Part shown: in pieces, positions 55,814 to 64,000 of the stretch
How positions within the stretch are numbered: the first letter of the stretch is position 1
How the letters are laid out: every line of letters begins with the position of its first letter
Assembly (NCBI GenBank): GCA_963703345.1
Contig: OY969814.1
Coordinates: 608,001 to 672,000 of the forward strand
Origin: an uncultured Chloroflexia bacterium
GTDB taxonomy: Bacteria > Chloroflexota > Dehalococcoidia > DSTF01 > JALHUB01
DNA length: 64,000 nt
Direction of reading: 5' to 3'
Position numbers and translations under genes: made by a program
The notes under the pieces: generated by a model
The model's database searches: none
Told to the model about the DNA's origin: nothing
What the model saw: only the letters and a program-made list of their open reading frames with translations

Positions 55814-56278
55814 CTAGCCCAGCTCGACCACAGCGAACACCAGGGGCGTGAACTGACTGCTCGCTCGAAGGTAACAGGTGACGCCGTTTGCGCGCCACTG
55901 GGGCCTGAAAACGTGGCTTCCCGCCGCCACTTGCGCCAGCCAGACAATCTGGAGGTCCTGGAGATAGTAGGGCTGAGTATACTGCACACCGTAGTCGTTG
56001 CCCTGGCGCACCCCGTCAATCGTGAAGTCGAAGCACTCGTACTGAACGCCGATTGTGTAGCCGGAACCGAAGAGCAACAGCATCACCCAGCTAGCGCCGG
56101 TAGTCATGTTGATGACAAGGTTGTTGCTGTCAATGTCGACGAAAGACGCGCTCGTCGTCTGATAATCGCTGGCCAGCCGCACGACCCGTGCGACCTGCAA
56201 CCCGCCGCCACCGGTGCCGCCGCCTTCGACAGCGCCGCCCGCTTCGACCAGTTCGCCGAACATTCGCAGTCTTCCCAT
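55814..56278 (-). CDS. Orphan phage fibre/spike-tip-like protein
   Basis: Gly-rich linker, then TTSASFVDID...beta-sandwich...AGSHVFRPQWR...VVELG; GGAGAGG RBS; shares the particle-cluster promoter. Confidence 0.55.
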   Translation of the reverse strand: MGRLRMFGELVEAGGAVEGGGTGGGGLQVARVVRLASDYQTTSASFVDIDSNNLVINMTTGASWVMLLLFGSGYTIGVQYECFDFTIDGVRQGNDYGVQYTQPYYLQDLQIVWLAQVAAGSHVFRPQWRANGVTCYLRASSQFTPLVFAVVELG

Positions 56279-56339
56279 CGACCTCTCCTCGCCATCGTTC
56301 GCCAGAAAACTACCGGAAGTTGCGCATGGAAGCCGAAAT

Positions 56340-56367
56340 AGAATAGCACAAACGTGCTTCGCGTCAA
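56340..56367 (-). promoter_or_regulatory. Sigma-70-type promoter with LexA-like operator (orphan fibre gene)
   Basis: Minus strand TTGACG-N16-TATTCT; box AGCAC-GTTT-GTGCT at 56345-56358. Confidence 0.65.
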
Positions 56368-56523
56368 GGACGACGCGTCACCGGGAACAAGCGTCTCTCA
56401 GTGGAAAGAACGGAAGACTCGTCAACAAAGTAGCCGTGTTCTCTTGCCGGAGTGCTTGACTGAGGCCGACCAACGTCCTATTCTGCAGCTACCCTCAAAT
56501 ATACATAATATTGGAGGCAGAGA

Positions 56524-57612
56524 ATGAGGATCCGGAAACCCCTGTGTTGTCTTGGCCTGGGCGCGCTTGCTCTCGCCGCCACCGCCCTCGTGGTCACGAC
56601 CCTGTTATGCCAGGACCTGGCAAGACCGGCGCAGGCACAGGCTGAAGCCTCAGTCCGACTGGACATGAACCCGAACAACGGTAGTGGCCCCTGCAATCCC
56701 ATCGACGACTCCGTGGATGTTAGCCAGGGTTCTGAATACACTGTCGCGATCTGCCTCACTGGGTCCGATACCCCTCCTAACTCATTCGAGGCCCATATCA
56801 ATCACGATGATTCTATTGGCCAGTGTGTTCCTGTCGATTGCCCCGACAACCAATGCCTCGACGGTAACCCGGACGCCAATGCCGGCAATACTACTTTCAG
56901 CACACCCAGTCTGGGGAACGGCTGGGATTGCTTTGTGGCGGATATCTCGCCTCCTAGCTGTAAGGATGTCGCCGGCCAGATCTCCATCGCCTGCATAAAC
57001 CCCAACGAACCAGGAACTTTGCCGGTAGGTCAGGGCGTATCATCCCCTGTGGCCGTTATCCATTTCAAAGCCGCTTCCCAGGGCACGGACAGCTTGTCGA
57101 TCTTCAGCGCAACGGCCGCTGCCCACGATCTGTCGACCATATTTGTATGCGATGAAGAAGGTGGTTCTTGCCGGGGCGGCACAGTAGTCGTCGGTCCCCC
57201 TGCTCCCGAATCGCCCACGCCTGTAGAGACGGCCGTAGAAACGCCCGCCCCGGGCATAACGCCGCCCACGGTCGGTCCGGTCGATTCCACGGCTACCGCC
57301 GCTGCCGCCGCGCCCGCGGCTACCGCTGCCGCCGCCGCTGCGGCAACCGCTGTCGCGCAAGGAACGCCCATGGCTGCCATCAACCAGGCGGCTACAGCCA
57401 CCTCAGCCGCTGCCGCTACCAAGGCGGCGATTGCGACCAAGGCGACCGTTGTTGCCACGTCTACCCCCAAACAATCGGCCGGTCAGCAGAAGAGCGGTGG
57501 CTCTTCCGGGCCGAACGGCGGACTGATCGCGGGCATCGTCGTCGCGGTCCTCGTAGTCGGCGGCGGCGCGGGCTGGTTTACCTTCCGGAAGCTACGGTCT
57601 CGCGGGAGATAG
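56524..57612 (+). CDS. Cys-rich cohesin-like surface protein with C-terminal TM anchor
   Basis: Signal peptide, YTVAICL...FEAHINHD...VAVIHFKA, Ala/Thr linker, TM plus basic tail. Confidence 0.65.
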   Translation: MRIRKPLCCLGLGALALAATALVVTTLLCQDLARPAQAQAEASVRLDMNPNNGSGPCNPIDDSVDVSQGSEYTVAICLTGSDTPPNSFEAHINHDDSIGQCVPVDCPDNQCLDGNPDANAGNTTFSTPSLGNGWDCFVADISPPSCKDVAGQISIACINPNEPGTLPVGQGVSSPVAVIHFKAASQGTDSLSIFSATAAAHDLSTIFVCDEEGGSCRGGTVVVGPPAPESPTPVETAVETPAPGITPPTVGPVDSTATAAAAAPAATAAAAAAATAVAQGTPMAAINQAATATSAAAATKAAIATKATVVATSTPKQSAGQQKSGGSSGPNGGLIAGIVVAVLVVGGGAGWFTFRKLRSRGR

Positions 57613-57802
57613 CCATACTCTCGACGAATTCTGGGAGAGCCCTCGTCTATCGGCAGAGGGCTCTTCTGCTGCCCGGCCGCAGTCTGACCTCGTCGCCGGA
57701 TGCAGCGCAACGGGGCTATGCCCGGCGCGATCGTGGCAGAGGACATGAAGAAGCGGCGCCCGGGAATCCCGAACGCCGCTGTAAGAATCGAAAGCGAAGT
57801 CG

Positions 57803-58471
57803 TCAGGAGCGACGACGCTTCACGACGACTGCCCCACCACCGCCAATCGCGCCTACGACCACCACCGCTCCGATGGCGAAGATGATGAGCTTGGGAAAGC
57901 CGCTGCCGGTGCCTAAGACATGAAGGGAGGCGTTCTCCAAGGAAGCTGTCTCTTCCAGAGGCATGCCGGCTTGATCTATCTCAGCGCTAACGAGTTTCAC
58001 GTCTGAGAGATCAAGAGCAGAATCGCCCCCACCGCTGGGAGAAAACCTCACGACCGCCAGCTTTCCTGATCCATCCGGTCCGGCCTTGCCGCCCATCGAA
58101 ACGGGCGGGCTCATGGTGACGCAGATCAACTGAACAAGGCCATTGTTGCCGCTCTTCGTCGGGCAGGTTACCTGCCGCCCGCTGCTGCCGAGGAATGGAT
58201 CTTCCTGGACGTCCACAAACTTCAAGACCGAACCGTTGTATTGCAGGCTGAACTGAAAGCCGGCCAGATTGTGGACGTCCGAGGCGAGGATGTTCACCTC
58301 AATGTCCGGCCCCCCCTCCTTGATCGGCTGATCTGAAGAAGGCGCCTGTACCGTTAGCTTGGCAGCGTTCCCCTGGGCCCGCGCACTCCCCGCGAAACCG
58401 GCAAACCCTAGTGCCAGCCCCAGCATTCCTATCATCGTATAGCGGCAAATGCGCGCGTGCTTACTTCTCAT
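57803..58471 (-). CDS. Single-cohesin membrane-anchored protein
   Basis: Signal peptide, VNILASDVHNLAGFQFSLQYNGSVLK...GSGKLAVVRF, C-terminal TM plus KRRR. Confidence 0.8.
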   Translation of the reverse strand: MRSKHARICRYTMIGMLGLALGFAGFAGSARAQGNAAKLTVQAPSSDQPIKEGGPDIEVNILASDVHNLAGFQFSLQYNGSVLKFVDVQEDPFLGSSGRQVTCPTKSGNNGLVQLICVTMSPPVSMGGKAGPDGSGKLAVVRFSPSGGGDSALDLSDVKLVSAEIDQAGMPLEETASLENASLHVLGTGSGFPKLIIFAIGAVVVVGAIGGGGAVVVKRRRS

Positions 58472-58589
58472 CGCTCCAGGTCACCTCTTTCGCTGCCGAC
58501 TCTGCTGGTCGGAACCTCCGCTGCAGGATAACGCAGCATTCCTTATATATATAATATCGGTTCAGCCCCGATCGCTTTCAAGACCGACT

Positions 58590-60161
58590 TCAATGCCGAG
58601 ACCGCCACGGGCCTCGCGCTCTTGATCTTAACCCTTCCAGCACGTCTCTGGCGAGCCCCCGCGTTGATCCTGGTCCGGCGATCCCCACCCAGCCCGCTGT
58701 CGCGAGCAGCGCCGCCAGCAGCAACACGAACATCCCGCCCGAACCGCCGCCCGAACTCCCACCGCTGCCGCTTCCCGGTAAGGCCGTCGCAGCCCGGGTG
58801 ATCTCCGCCGGCAAGACGCTGGTCTTGGTCGGAGCGCGTTCCATCGGCGATATGTGGCTTTGCGGCGTTGGCGTAGCGGTCAGCGCTACCGGCGAAGGTG
58901 TCGCGCTTCCGAGGGGCGTTCGCGTCTTCGTCGGGACCGGTGAGGCCTTCGGCGTCGACGTCCGCGAGGGCGTAATCACCGCTGTCGCCGTCGCCGTGGC
59001 CGTTGGACTCCCTGTCGCGGTGGCCGTTGGACTTGCTGTCGCGGTGGCCGTTGGACTTGCTGTCGCGGTGGCCGTTGGACTTGCTGTCGCGGTGGCCGTA
59101 GCTGTCGCCGTCGGTGCCATAGGAGTAGAGGTCGCCGCTGTTGCCGTGGGGCTAGCCGTTGACGTAACGGTCGGCGTGACCGGCGTAGACGTGGGCGTTT
59201 GCGTTGCCGGAAGTGGCGTGGGCGTCACGGTAGGCGTGTTCGTCGGGAGCGGTGTAAAAGTGGGCGTTGAAGTCAGTTCGGGTGGAGGCTGGGAGCCGTG
59301 ACAAGTGGTGTAGTCCCGCCCGTAAACGAACTGCAGATCCTTGATGTCGATGTCATAGTCGCCGGTCGGCGGCTCCAGATCGAACCACATGTCGTAGGGC
59401 CACAGGCCCAGGACCGAGCCATAGCGCCCGGACTCTGCTTGCTCATCTATTACGTTGACCCGGCAATCCTTGTTTACGTCGCCTTCCAGAGCCCGAACCA
59501 GAATAGTCGCCCCGCTGACCTGAGCGAGAGGAATGGGATTACCTAGCTCGCCGGTCAGATTCGTGCTGCTGCCGTCCTGGAAAAGATATGTCCATATCCC
59601 GTTCCCCAGCGTTGGCCGAATAATAACCTCGGGCGTGAGCGTCACGTAGGCGAGCACGCCCGACCCCGTGGGCCCCGGCTGGCTGCCCGTGGATGTGCAG
59701 GCCATACGCAGGAAGTTCTCCGTTTGGATTTGCTGGCACTGCGTCTGACGCCCAGTGCTGCTCAAGAACGGGCCTTCAGTTGCGCTTACGCTAACGATAT
59801 TCCTGTCGAAATAGACGGTGAAGTCAAAGCCGCCGACACGTGTGCCTGCGGGCACGTTCGCGACCTCCTCGGTCACGACTAACTTCCCTTCACCATTGTA
59901 CGTGCAATCTCCCGGTCCTCCACTGCAGATCCACAGATTCGGGCTGCTCGGATGAATCGACAGAACGATGGGGTTCGCAGCGGTAGCGACAGGAGGAGTC
60001 TGGATCCGAGCAGCAAAGATGAGCCATAGGCCGAACACGCCGATCAGCAGCAGAGGGAACGCGAGCGGCAATCGCGTCCATCGCCGTCGTTTTGCAGCGA
60101 CGCCGCTGACATTGGTGTCACAGCCGCTCGGCAGTTGTCTGAAGCCCGTCTTCAGGCGCAT
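58590..60161 (-). CDS. Cohesin plus dockerin-like protein with sortase-like anchor
   Basis: Cohesin [10 protein letters not shown]...GSGVLA; dockerin-like [13 protein letters not shown] and [10 protein letters not shown]; PT linker; LPGSG-TM-basic tail. Confidence 0.75.
   Translation of the reverse strand: MRLKTGFRQLPSGCDTNVSGVAAKRRRWTRLPLAFPLLLIGVFGLWLIFAARIQTPPVATAANPIVLSIHPSSPNLWICSGGPGDCTYNGEGKLVVTEEVANVPAGTRVGGFDFTVYFDRNIVSVSATEGPFLSSTGRQTQCQQIQTENFLRMACTSTGSQPGPTGSGVLAYVTLTPEVIIRPTLGNGIWTYLFQDGSSTNLTGELGNPIPLAQVSGATILVRALEGDVNKDCRVNVIDEQAESGRYGSVLGLWPYDMWFDLEPPTGDYDIDIKDLQFVYGRDYTTCHGSQPPPELTSTPTFTPLPTNTPTVTPTPLPATQTPTSTPVTPTVTSTASPTATAATSTPMAPTATATATATASPTATATASPTATATASPTATATGSPTATATATAVITPSRTSTPKASPVPTKTRTPLGSATPSPVALTATPTPQSHISPMERAPTKTSVLPAEITRAATALPGSGSGGSSGGGSGGMFVLLLAALLATAGWVGIAGPGSTRGLARDVLEGLRSRARGPWRSRH
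59000..59100. repeat. 24-bp coding tandem repeat (TATA(S/G)PTA)
   Basis: GTTGGACTTGCTGTCGCGGTGGCC repeated about four times. Confidence 0.8.
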
Positions 60162-63100
60162 AATCGCGTCCTTCGCAAAAGCGATCTCACCCGTCGCAGC
60201 ACGCGTCGGCCTCGGACTACGTCCCTCAGCCGTTTCCGACCCTTCACACGCACACCCGCCGGACCGACGAAGAGTCCGACCATTCCTGTCAGCAGCACGG
60301 CATTAGCCGCGTAGCGCGGCGCGGCGTCCGACAGCGAGGCAGCCGCTTCGGGAGCAGACACATAAACCGCTCCGCCCGCTGTCCCCGCGTTGATCGCCTT
60401 GCCGAAAGGATCGACCAGCGCTGACGCTGAGAAGTCGAGGGAGCTTGTGCCCACCCCCGAGGCCTGAAAAGTGATTTCCGCCAGCAGGCCCGTGCCACTG
60501 GCTCCGGGCGCGCCGCCGCTGCTCAAGCAACCGAAGCGGACCTGCCCGACGTCAACCGTTGGAGCTGGGCAGAACACGGGACGCCCCGTGCTTCCAAGGA
60601 AAGTACCATTGCTGATTCCCGAAAGCACCAGGACGTTCGGATCGAACTGAAGCGTAAACTCATATGCTCCAACGTTTGCAACCCCGTTTGCCACCACGTC
60701 CACCGTGAAATAGTCGCCCACCGTTACGTTCTGCGCCGCCGGATCGATCAGAACGGCTCCCGGGCCCAGCGCTTGCGGTGCGAGGACCAGCCCAAGAAGA
60801 GGGTCTTGGGAATTCTGGGTCTGGGCCGAGCCGGACCCCAACGCCGCGTTGTAGAACGTGGCGATCTGCCCGCGCCAGGCACCGGATGTGCCGACGGTCG
60901 CAGCTGTGGAGTATGTTCCTGTCGAGGTCACCCGGCGGTCCGCGCCGGCATAGGTGAGAACGGAGGTGGTCCCGGCCTGGAAGTCGGCCTCTTCAGTGAA
61001 CGAATTGGTCCAGCTACCAAAGCTGGTGGCGGCGCGGATGTCCATTCCCACAACCAGCAACTCATTTGCATGCGTGGTGGTGACGCTCCCCGAGGACGGG
61101 GTTGTGCCAGTGCCGTTCGCCGAGCTCGTCCGATCGAGCGTGTCCACACCCCTGTACTCGTAGATCTGCAGTCCAACGACCGAGCTGCTGTTCGCCAGAG
61201 TCACCGTCACCGTTCTGGACTCGCCGCTGCCGGCTATCTTGTAGAAGATGGCCTGGCACGGCACAGTGCAACTGCCCCCGCTTTGGTTGATGGCGGTTGA
61301 CCAGCCGCTTGGCTGATTGATGGTGCTGGTCGTGCTGGCACCCACGATGGCGACCAGCAGGTTGCCGGCGACTGGCGTGTTGGTGAAAGTGGCTGAGACC
61401 GTGTTCGTATGGTTTCCGCTGCCAGTGGCCTTCTGGACAAGCGTTGCAGTCGGCGTAGGCGTGAACGTGCTGGTCGGCGTTGGCGTAGGCGTCCAGGTGT
61501 TTGTCGCCGTCGGCGTCCACGTGTTGGTCGCAGTCGGCGTGTTGGTGTTCGTTGGCGTCGGCGGTATCGGCGTGTTGGTGGGCGTTGGCGTAGGCGTCCA
61601 GGTGTTTGTCGCCGTCGGCGTCCACGTGTTGGTCGCAGTCGGCGTGTTGGTGTTCGTTGGCGTCGGCGGGACCGGCGTGTTCGTCGGTGTGTCCGTCGGC
61701 GACGGCGTGTAAGTGGGGGTCTCCGTCGGAGTGCCCGTAGCCGTCGGGGTCTCCGTCGGCGTTTCCGTGGGCGTATCCGTAGCCGTTGGGGTCTCGGTCG
61801 GAGTCTCTGTCGGCGTCTCTGTAGCCGTGGGAGTCTCCGTCGGGGTGTCCGTCGGCGACGGCGTGTAAGTGGGGGTCTCCGTTGGAGTATCCGTAGCCGT
61901 CGGGGTCTCCGTCGGCGTTTCCGTGGGCGTATCCGTAGCCGTTGGGGTCTCGGTCGGAGTCTCCGTGGGCACCGGTGTGGCCGTCGGGGTGTCCGTCGGC
62001 GTCTCTGTAGGAGTCTCTGTCGGCGTCTCTGTAGCCGTGGGAGTCTCCGTCGGGGTGTCCGTCGGCGACGGCGTGTAAGTGGGAGTCTCCGTTGGAGTAT
62101 CCGTAGCCGTCGGGGTCTCGGTCGGAGTCTCGGTAGGCGTGTCCGTGACCGTCGGCGTCTCAGTTGGCGTCTCTGTAGGAGTCTCTGTGGGCACCGGCGT
62201 GGCCGTCGGGGTGTCCGTCGGCGTCGGCGTGTAAGTGGGAGTCTCCGTTGGAGTATCCGTAGCCGTTGGGGTCTCGGTCGGAGTCTCCGTCGGCGTTTCG
62301 GTGGGCACCGGCGTCGCGGTGGGCGTGTCCGTAGGTGTCTCCGGCGGCGTCTCCGTCGGCGTCTCAGTGGGCGTATCTGTCGCCGTAGGGGTGTCCGTCG
62401 GCGTCTCAGTGGGCGTATCTGTCGCCGTAGGGGTGTCCGTCGGCGTCTCAGTGGGCGTATCTGTCGCTGTGGGCGTGTCCGTCGGCGTTTCGGTGGGCAC
62501 CGGCGTCGCAGTGGGCGTGTCCGTAGGTGTCTCAGTCGGCGTATCTGTCGCTGTGGGCGTGTCCGTCGGTGTTTCGGTGGGCACCGGCGTCGCAGTGGGC
62601 GTGTCCGTAGGTGTCTCAGTCGGCGTATCTGTCGCTGTGGGCGTGTCCGTCGGCGTCTCAGTTGGCGTGTCTGTGACCGTGGGCGTGTCCGTCGGCGTCT
62701 CTGTCGGCGTATCTGTCGGCGTCGGCGTATCGGTTGGCGTGGCAGTCGGCGTACGGGTCGATGTCGCCGTTGGCGTGGGCGTATCGATCGGCTTGACGAA
62801 TACCGTTCCGCTCCCGACCGCGGCGTTGACCGCCCTGCCCAAAGGATCGGCCAGCGCGAACGCTGAGAAACCAAGAGAGGTTGTTCCCGCGCCGGACGCC
62901 TGGAAAGTGATTTCCGCCAGCAAGCCTGTGCCACTGGCACCCGGCGCAGTGCCGCTGCTTACGCAACCGAAGCGGATGTTTCTATCGGTAACCGTTGGAG
63001 CCGGGCAGAAAACAGGACGTCCTGTGCTTCCAAGGAAAGTACCATTGCTTATACCCGAAATCACCAGGACGCCAGGGTCGAATTCAAGCGTAAACTCATA

Positions 63101-64000
63101 AGCTGCGACATTCGCGACGTTGCGTGCCATCACGTCTACAGTGAAGTAGTCGCCAACCGTCACATTCTGTGCCGGCGGATCGATGAGGGCCGCCGAAACG
63201 TCCGGAGCAAACGTCGGCGTCGGAGTAGGCGGCTCGTTGCCGGCCGTCGCCGTGCTCGTCGGCGTTTGACTGGGCCCGGGCGTGTACGTCTCCGTCGGAA
63301 GAGGCGTGTCCGTCGGCGTCGGCGCCGGTCCAATCGTTACGGACGCCTGTCCACCGATGCTGACCGCAATGGTTCCTGCCATTGGATTGGTCAAAATGGC
63401 CTTCTCTACGGTGACCTGCGTGTCTCCAGTCTGGAGCGGGACGAAAGTGAGAATGGCCAGGACGCCGCTGCCGCTTGCTCCTGCCGGTTCGGGCCCGAGC
63501 GTGAGGCAGACCGTCCGTACTGTCGGGCCAATAAGATCCCAAGGCAGGCAGCTTGCGCTCCGCCCGCTGCTACCCAGGAAAGGACCGTTCTGCACGCTTA
63601 CGACTTGGAGAAACGCTGGATCAAAGCCGAGCGTCAACTCATATGCCCCAAGGTTCGTTGCGTTGTCCACCGTGACACTGACGCTAAACGGAACGCTTAC
63701 ATTTGCTTGCTGCCAAGCCGGCGCCATGCCTATCGTGACCGCGCCGCCCGGCGGCGTATTCGTCGGAGTCGGCCCTACAGTCGGAGTCGGCCCCGGCGTC
63801 CAGGTTGGTCTTGGCGTAAGTGTCGCCGTTGGCGTTAGGCTCGGCCCAACCGTGAAAGTCGCGGTGGGCGAAGGTGTGACGGTTTGCGTCGGCGTGTCGG
63901 TCGGCGTCGGCGATGGCCCGGACGTCGGCGTCGGCGCCGGCTGGACAACGACCGATGCGCCGAGGAGCGCATTCGTCGGAATGACAGTGGCCTGAATGTC
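60152..64000 (-). CDS. Multi-cohesin scaffoldin-like surface protein (5' end outside the window)
   Basis: Frame open to base 64000; three complete cohesin-like domains, a roughly 450-aa Pro/Thr linker, one other beta domain, C-terminal hydrophobic segment plus Arg-rich tail. Confidence 0.8.
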   Translation of the reverse strand, partial: DIQATVIPTNALLGASVVVQPAPTPTSGPSPTPTDTPTQTVTPSPTATFTVGPSLTPTATLTPRPTWTPGPTPTVGPTPTNTPPGGAVTIGMAPAWQQANVSVPFSVSVTVDNATNLGAYELTLGFDPAFLQVVSVQNGPFLGSSGRSASCLPWDLIGPTVRTVCLTLGPEPAGASGSGVLAILTFVPLQTGDTQVTVEKAILTNPMAGTIAVSIGGQASVTIGPAPTPTDTPLPTETYTPGPSQTPTSTATAGNEPPTPTPTFAPDVSAALIDPPAQNVTVGDYFTVDVMARNVANVAAYEFTLEFDPGVLVISGISNGTFLGSTGRPVFCPAPTVTDRNIRFGCVSSGTAPGASGTGLLAEITFQASGAGTTSLGFSAFALADPLGRAVNAAVGSGTVFVKPIDTPTPTATSTRTPTATPTDTPTPTDTPTETPTDTPTVTDTPTETPTDTPTATDTPTETPTDTPTATPVPTETPTDTPTATDTPTETPTDTPTATPVPTETPTDTPTATDTPTETPTDTPTATDTPTETPTDTPTATDTPTETPTETPPETPTDTPTATPVPTETPTETPTETPTATDTPTETPTYTPTPTDTPTATPVPTETPTETPTETPTVTDTPTETPTETPTATDTPTETPTYTPSPTDTPTETPTATETPTETPTETPTDTPTATPVPTETPTETPTATDTPTETPTETPTATDTPTETPTYTPSPTDTPTETPTATETPTETPTETPTATDTPTETPTETPTATGTPTETPTYTPSPTDTPTNTPVPPTPTNTNTPTATNTWTPTATNTWTPTPTPTNTPIPPTPTNTNTPTATNTWTPTATNTWTPTPTPTSTFTPTPTATLVQKATGSGNHTNTVSATFTNTPVAGNLLVAIVGASTTSTINQPSGWSTAINQSGGSCTVPCQAIFYKIAGSGESRTVTVTLANSSSVVGLQIYEYRGVDTLDRTSSANGTGTTPSSGSVTTTHANELLVVGMDIRAATSFGSWTNSFTEEADFQAGTTSVLTYAGADRRVTSTGTYSTAATVGTSGAWRGQIATFYNAALGSGSAQTQNSQDPLLGLVLAPQALGPGAVLIDPAAQNVTVGDYFTVDVVANGVANVGAYEFTLQFDPNVLVLSGISNGTFLGSTGRPVFCPAPTVDVGQVRFGCLSSGGAPGASGTGLLAEITFQASGVGTSSLDFSASALVDPFGKAINAGTAGGAVYVSAPEAAASLSDAAPRYAANAVLLTGMVGLFVGPAGVRVKGRKRLRDVVRGRRVLRRVRSLLRRTRLCA
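61450..62790. repeat. Coding low-complexity tandem repeats ([12 protein letters not shown])
   Basis: Nested short repeat units plus larger duplicated blocks, e.g. copies starting at 61476 and 61581. Confidence 0.9.

Noticed and set aside
61450-62790. CRISPR array
   Set aside because: Repeats are in-frame Pro/Thr codons with no unique spacers and no cas genes
60360-63190. Duplicated cohesin sequences as a diversity-generating retroelement TR/VR pair
   Set aside because: Both copies are in-frame domains of one gene, differences are not adenine-specific, and no reverse transcriptase is present

Overview
GC-rich bacterial chromosome window, most likely Chloroflexota class Dehalococcoidia (inferred from the DnaN sequence, the acyl-CoA dehydrogenase set and the cohesin-type surface proteins). 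Ordinary genes include acs, a HAD phosphatase, a homocysteine methyltransferase, dnaN, yqeK, a HIT protein, htpX, a TetR-controlled beta-oxidation operon and an ECF sigma/anti-sigma pair. The main feature is a minus-strand, phage-derived particle-morphogenesis cluster beside dnaN (8820-38770: small and large terminase, portal, scaffold, major capsid, adaptor, hub/spike-like proteins, holin-like protein). It has no integrase or replication genes of its own, so it resembles a gene transfer agent (GTA). Its three sub-operons and a distant fibre-like orphan gene (55814-56278) share one promoter architecture: TTGAC-N16-18-TAT(T/C)CT with an overlapping LexA-like box. The portal gene is split by a 14,259-bp element bounded by the direct repeat GCCCCAGAAC (21055-21064 and 35314-35323). 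Excision would restore a 440-aa portal in frame and swap the C-terminus of the element's own serine recombinase. The element carries a rep gene with internal iterons, a TOPRIM protein, an HK97-type prohead protease, an HNH protein, a tandem-RRM protein and a RAMA-like protein, but no capsid or terminase, which suggests a satellite of the GTA-like particle. Caveat: the large terminase has two frameshifts here, so the system may be decaying in this strain. The window also holds an XamI-like restriction-modification pair, two solo candidate defence genes and a cohesin/dockerin surface-protein cluster. All family calls come from reading motifs by eye; no searches were run.
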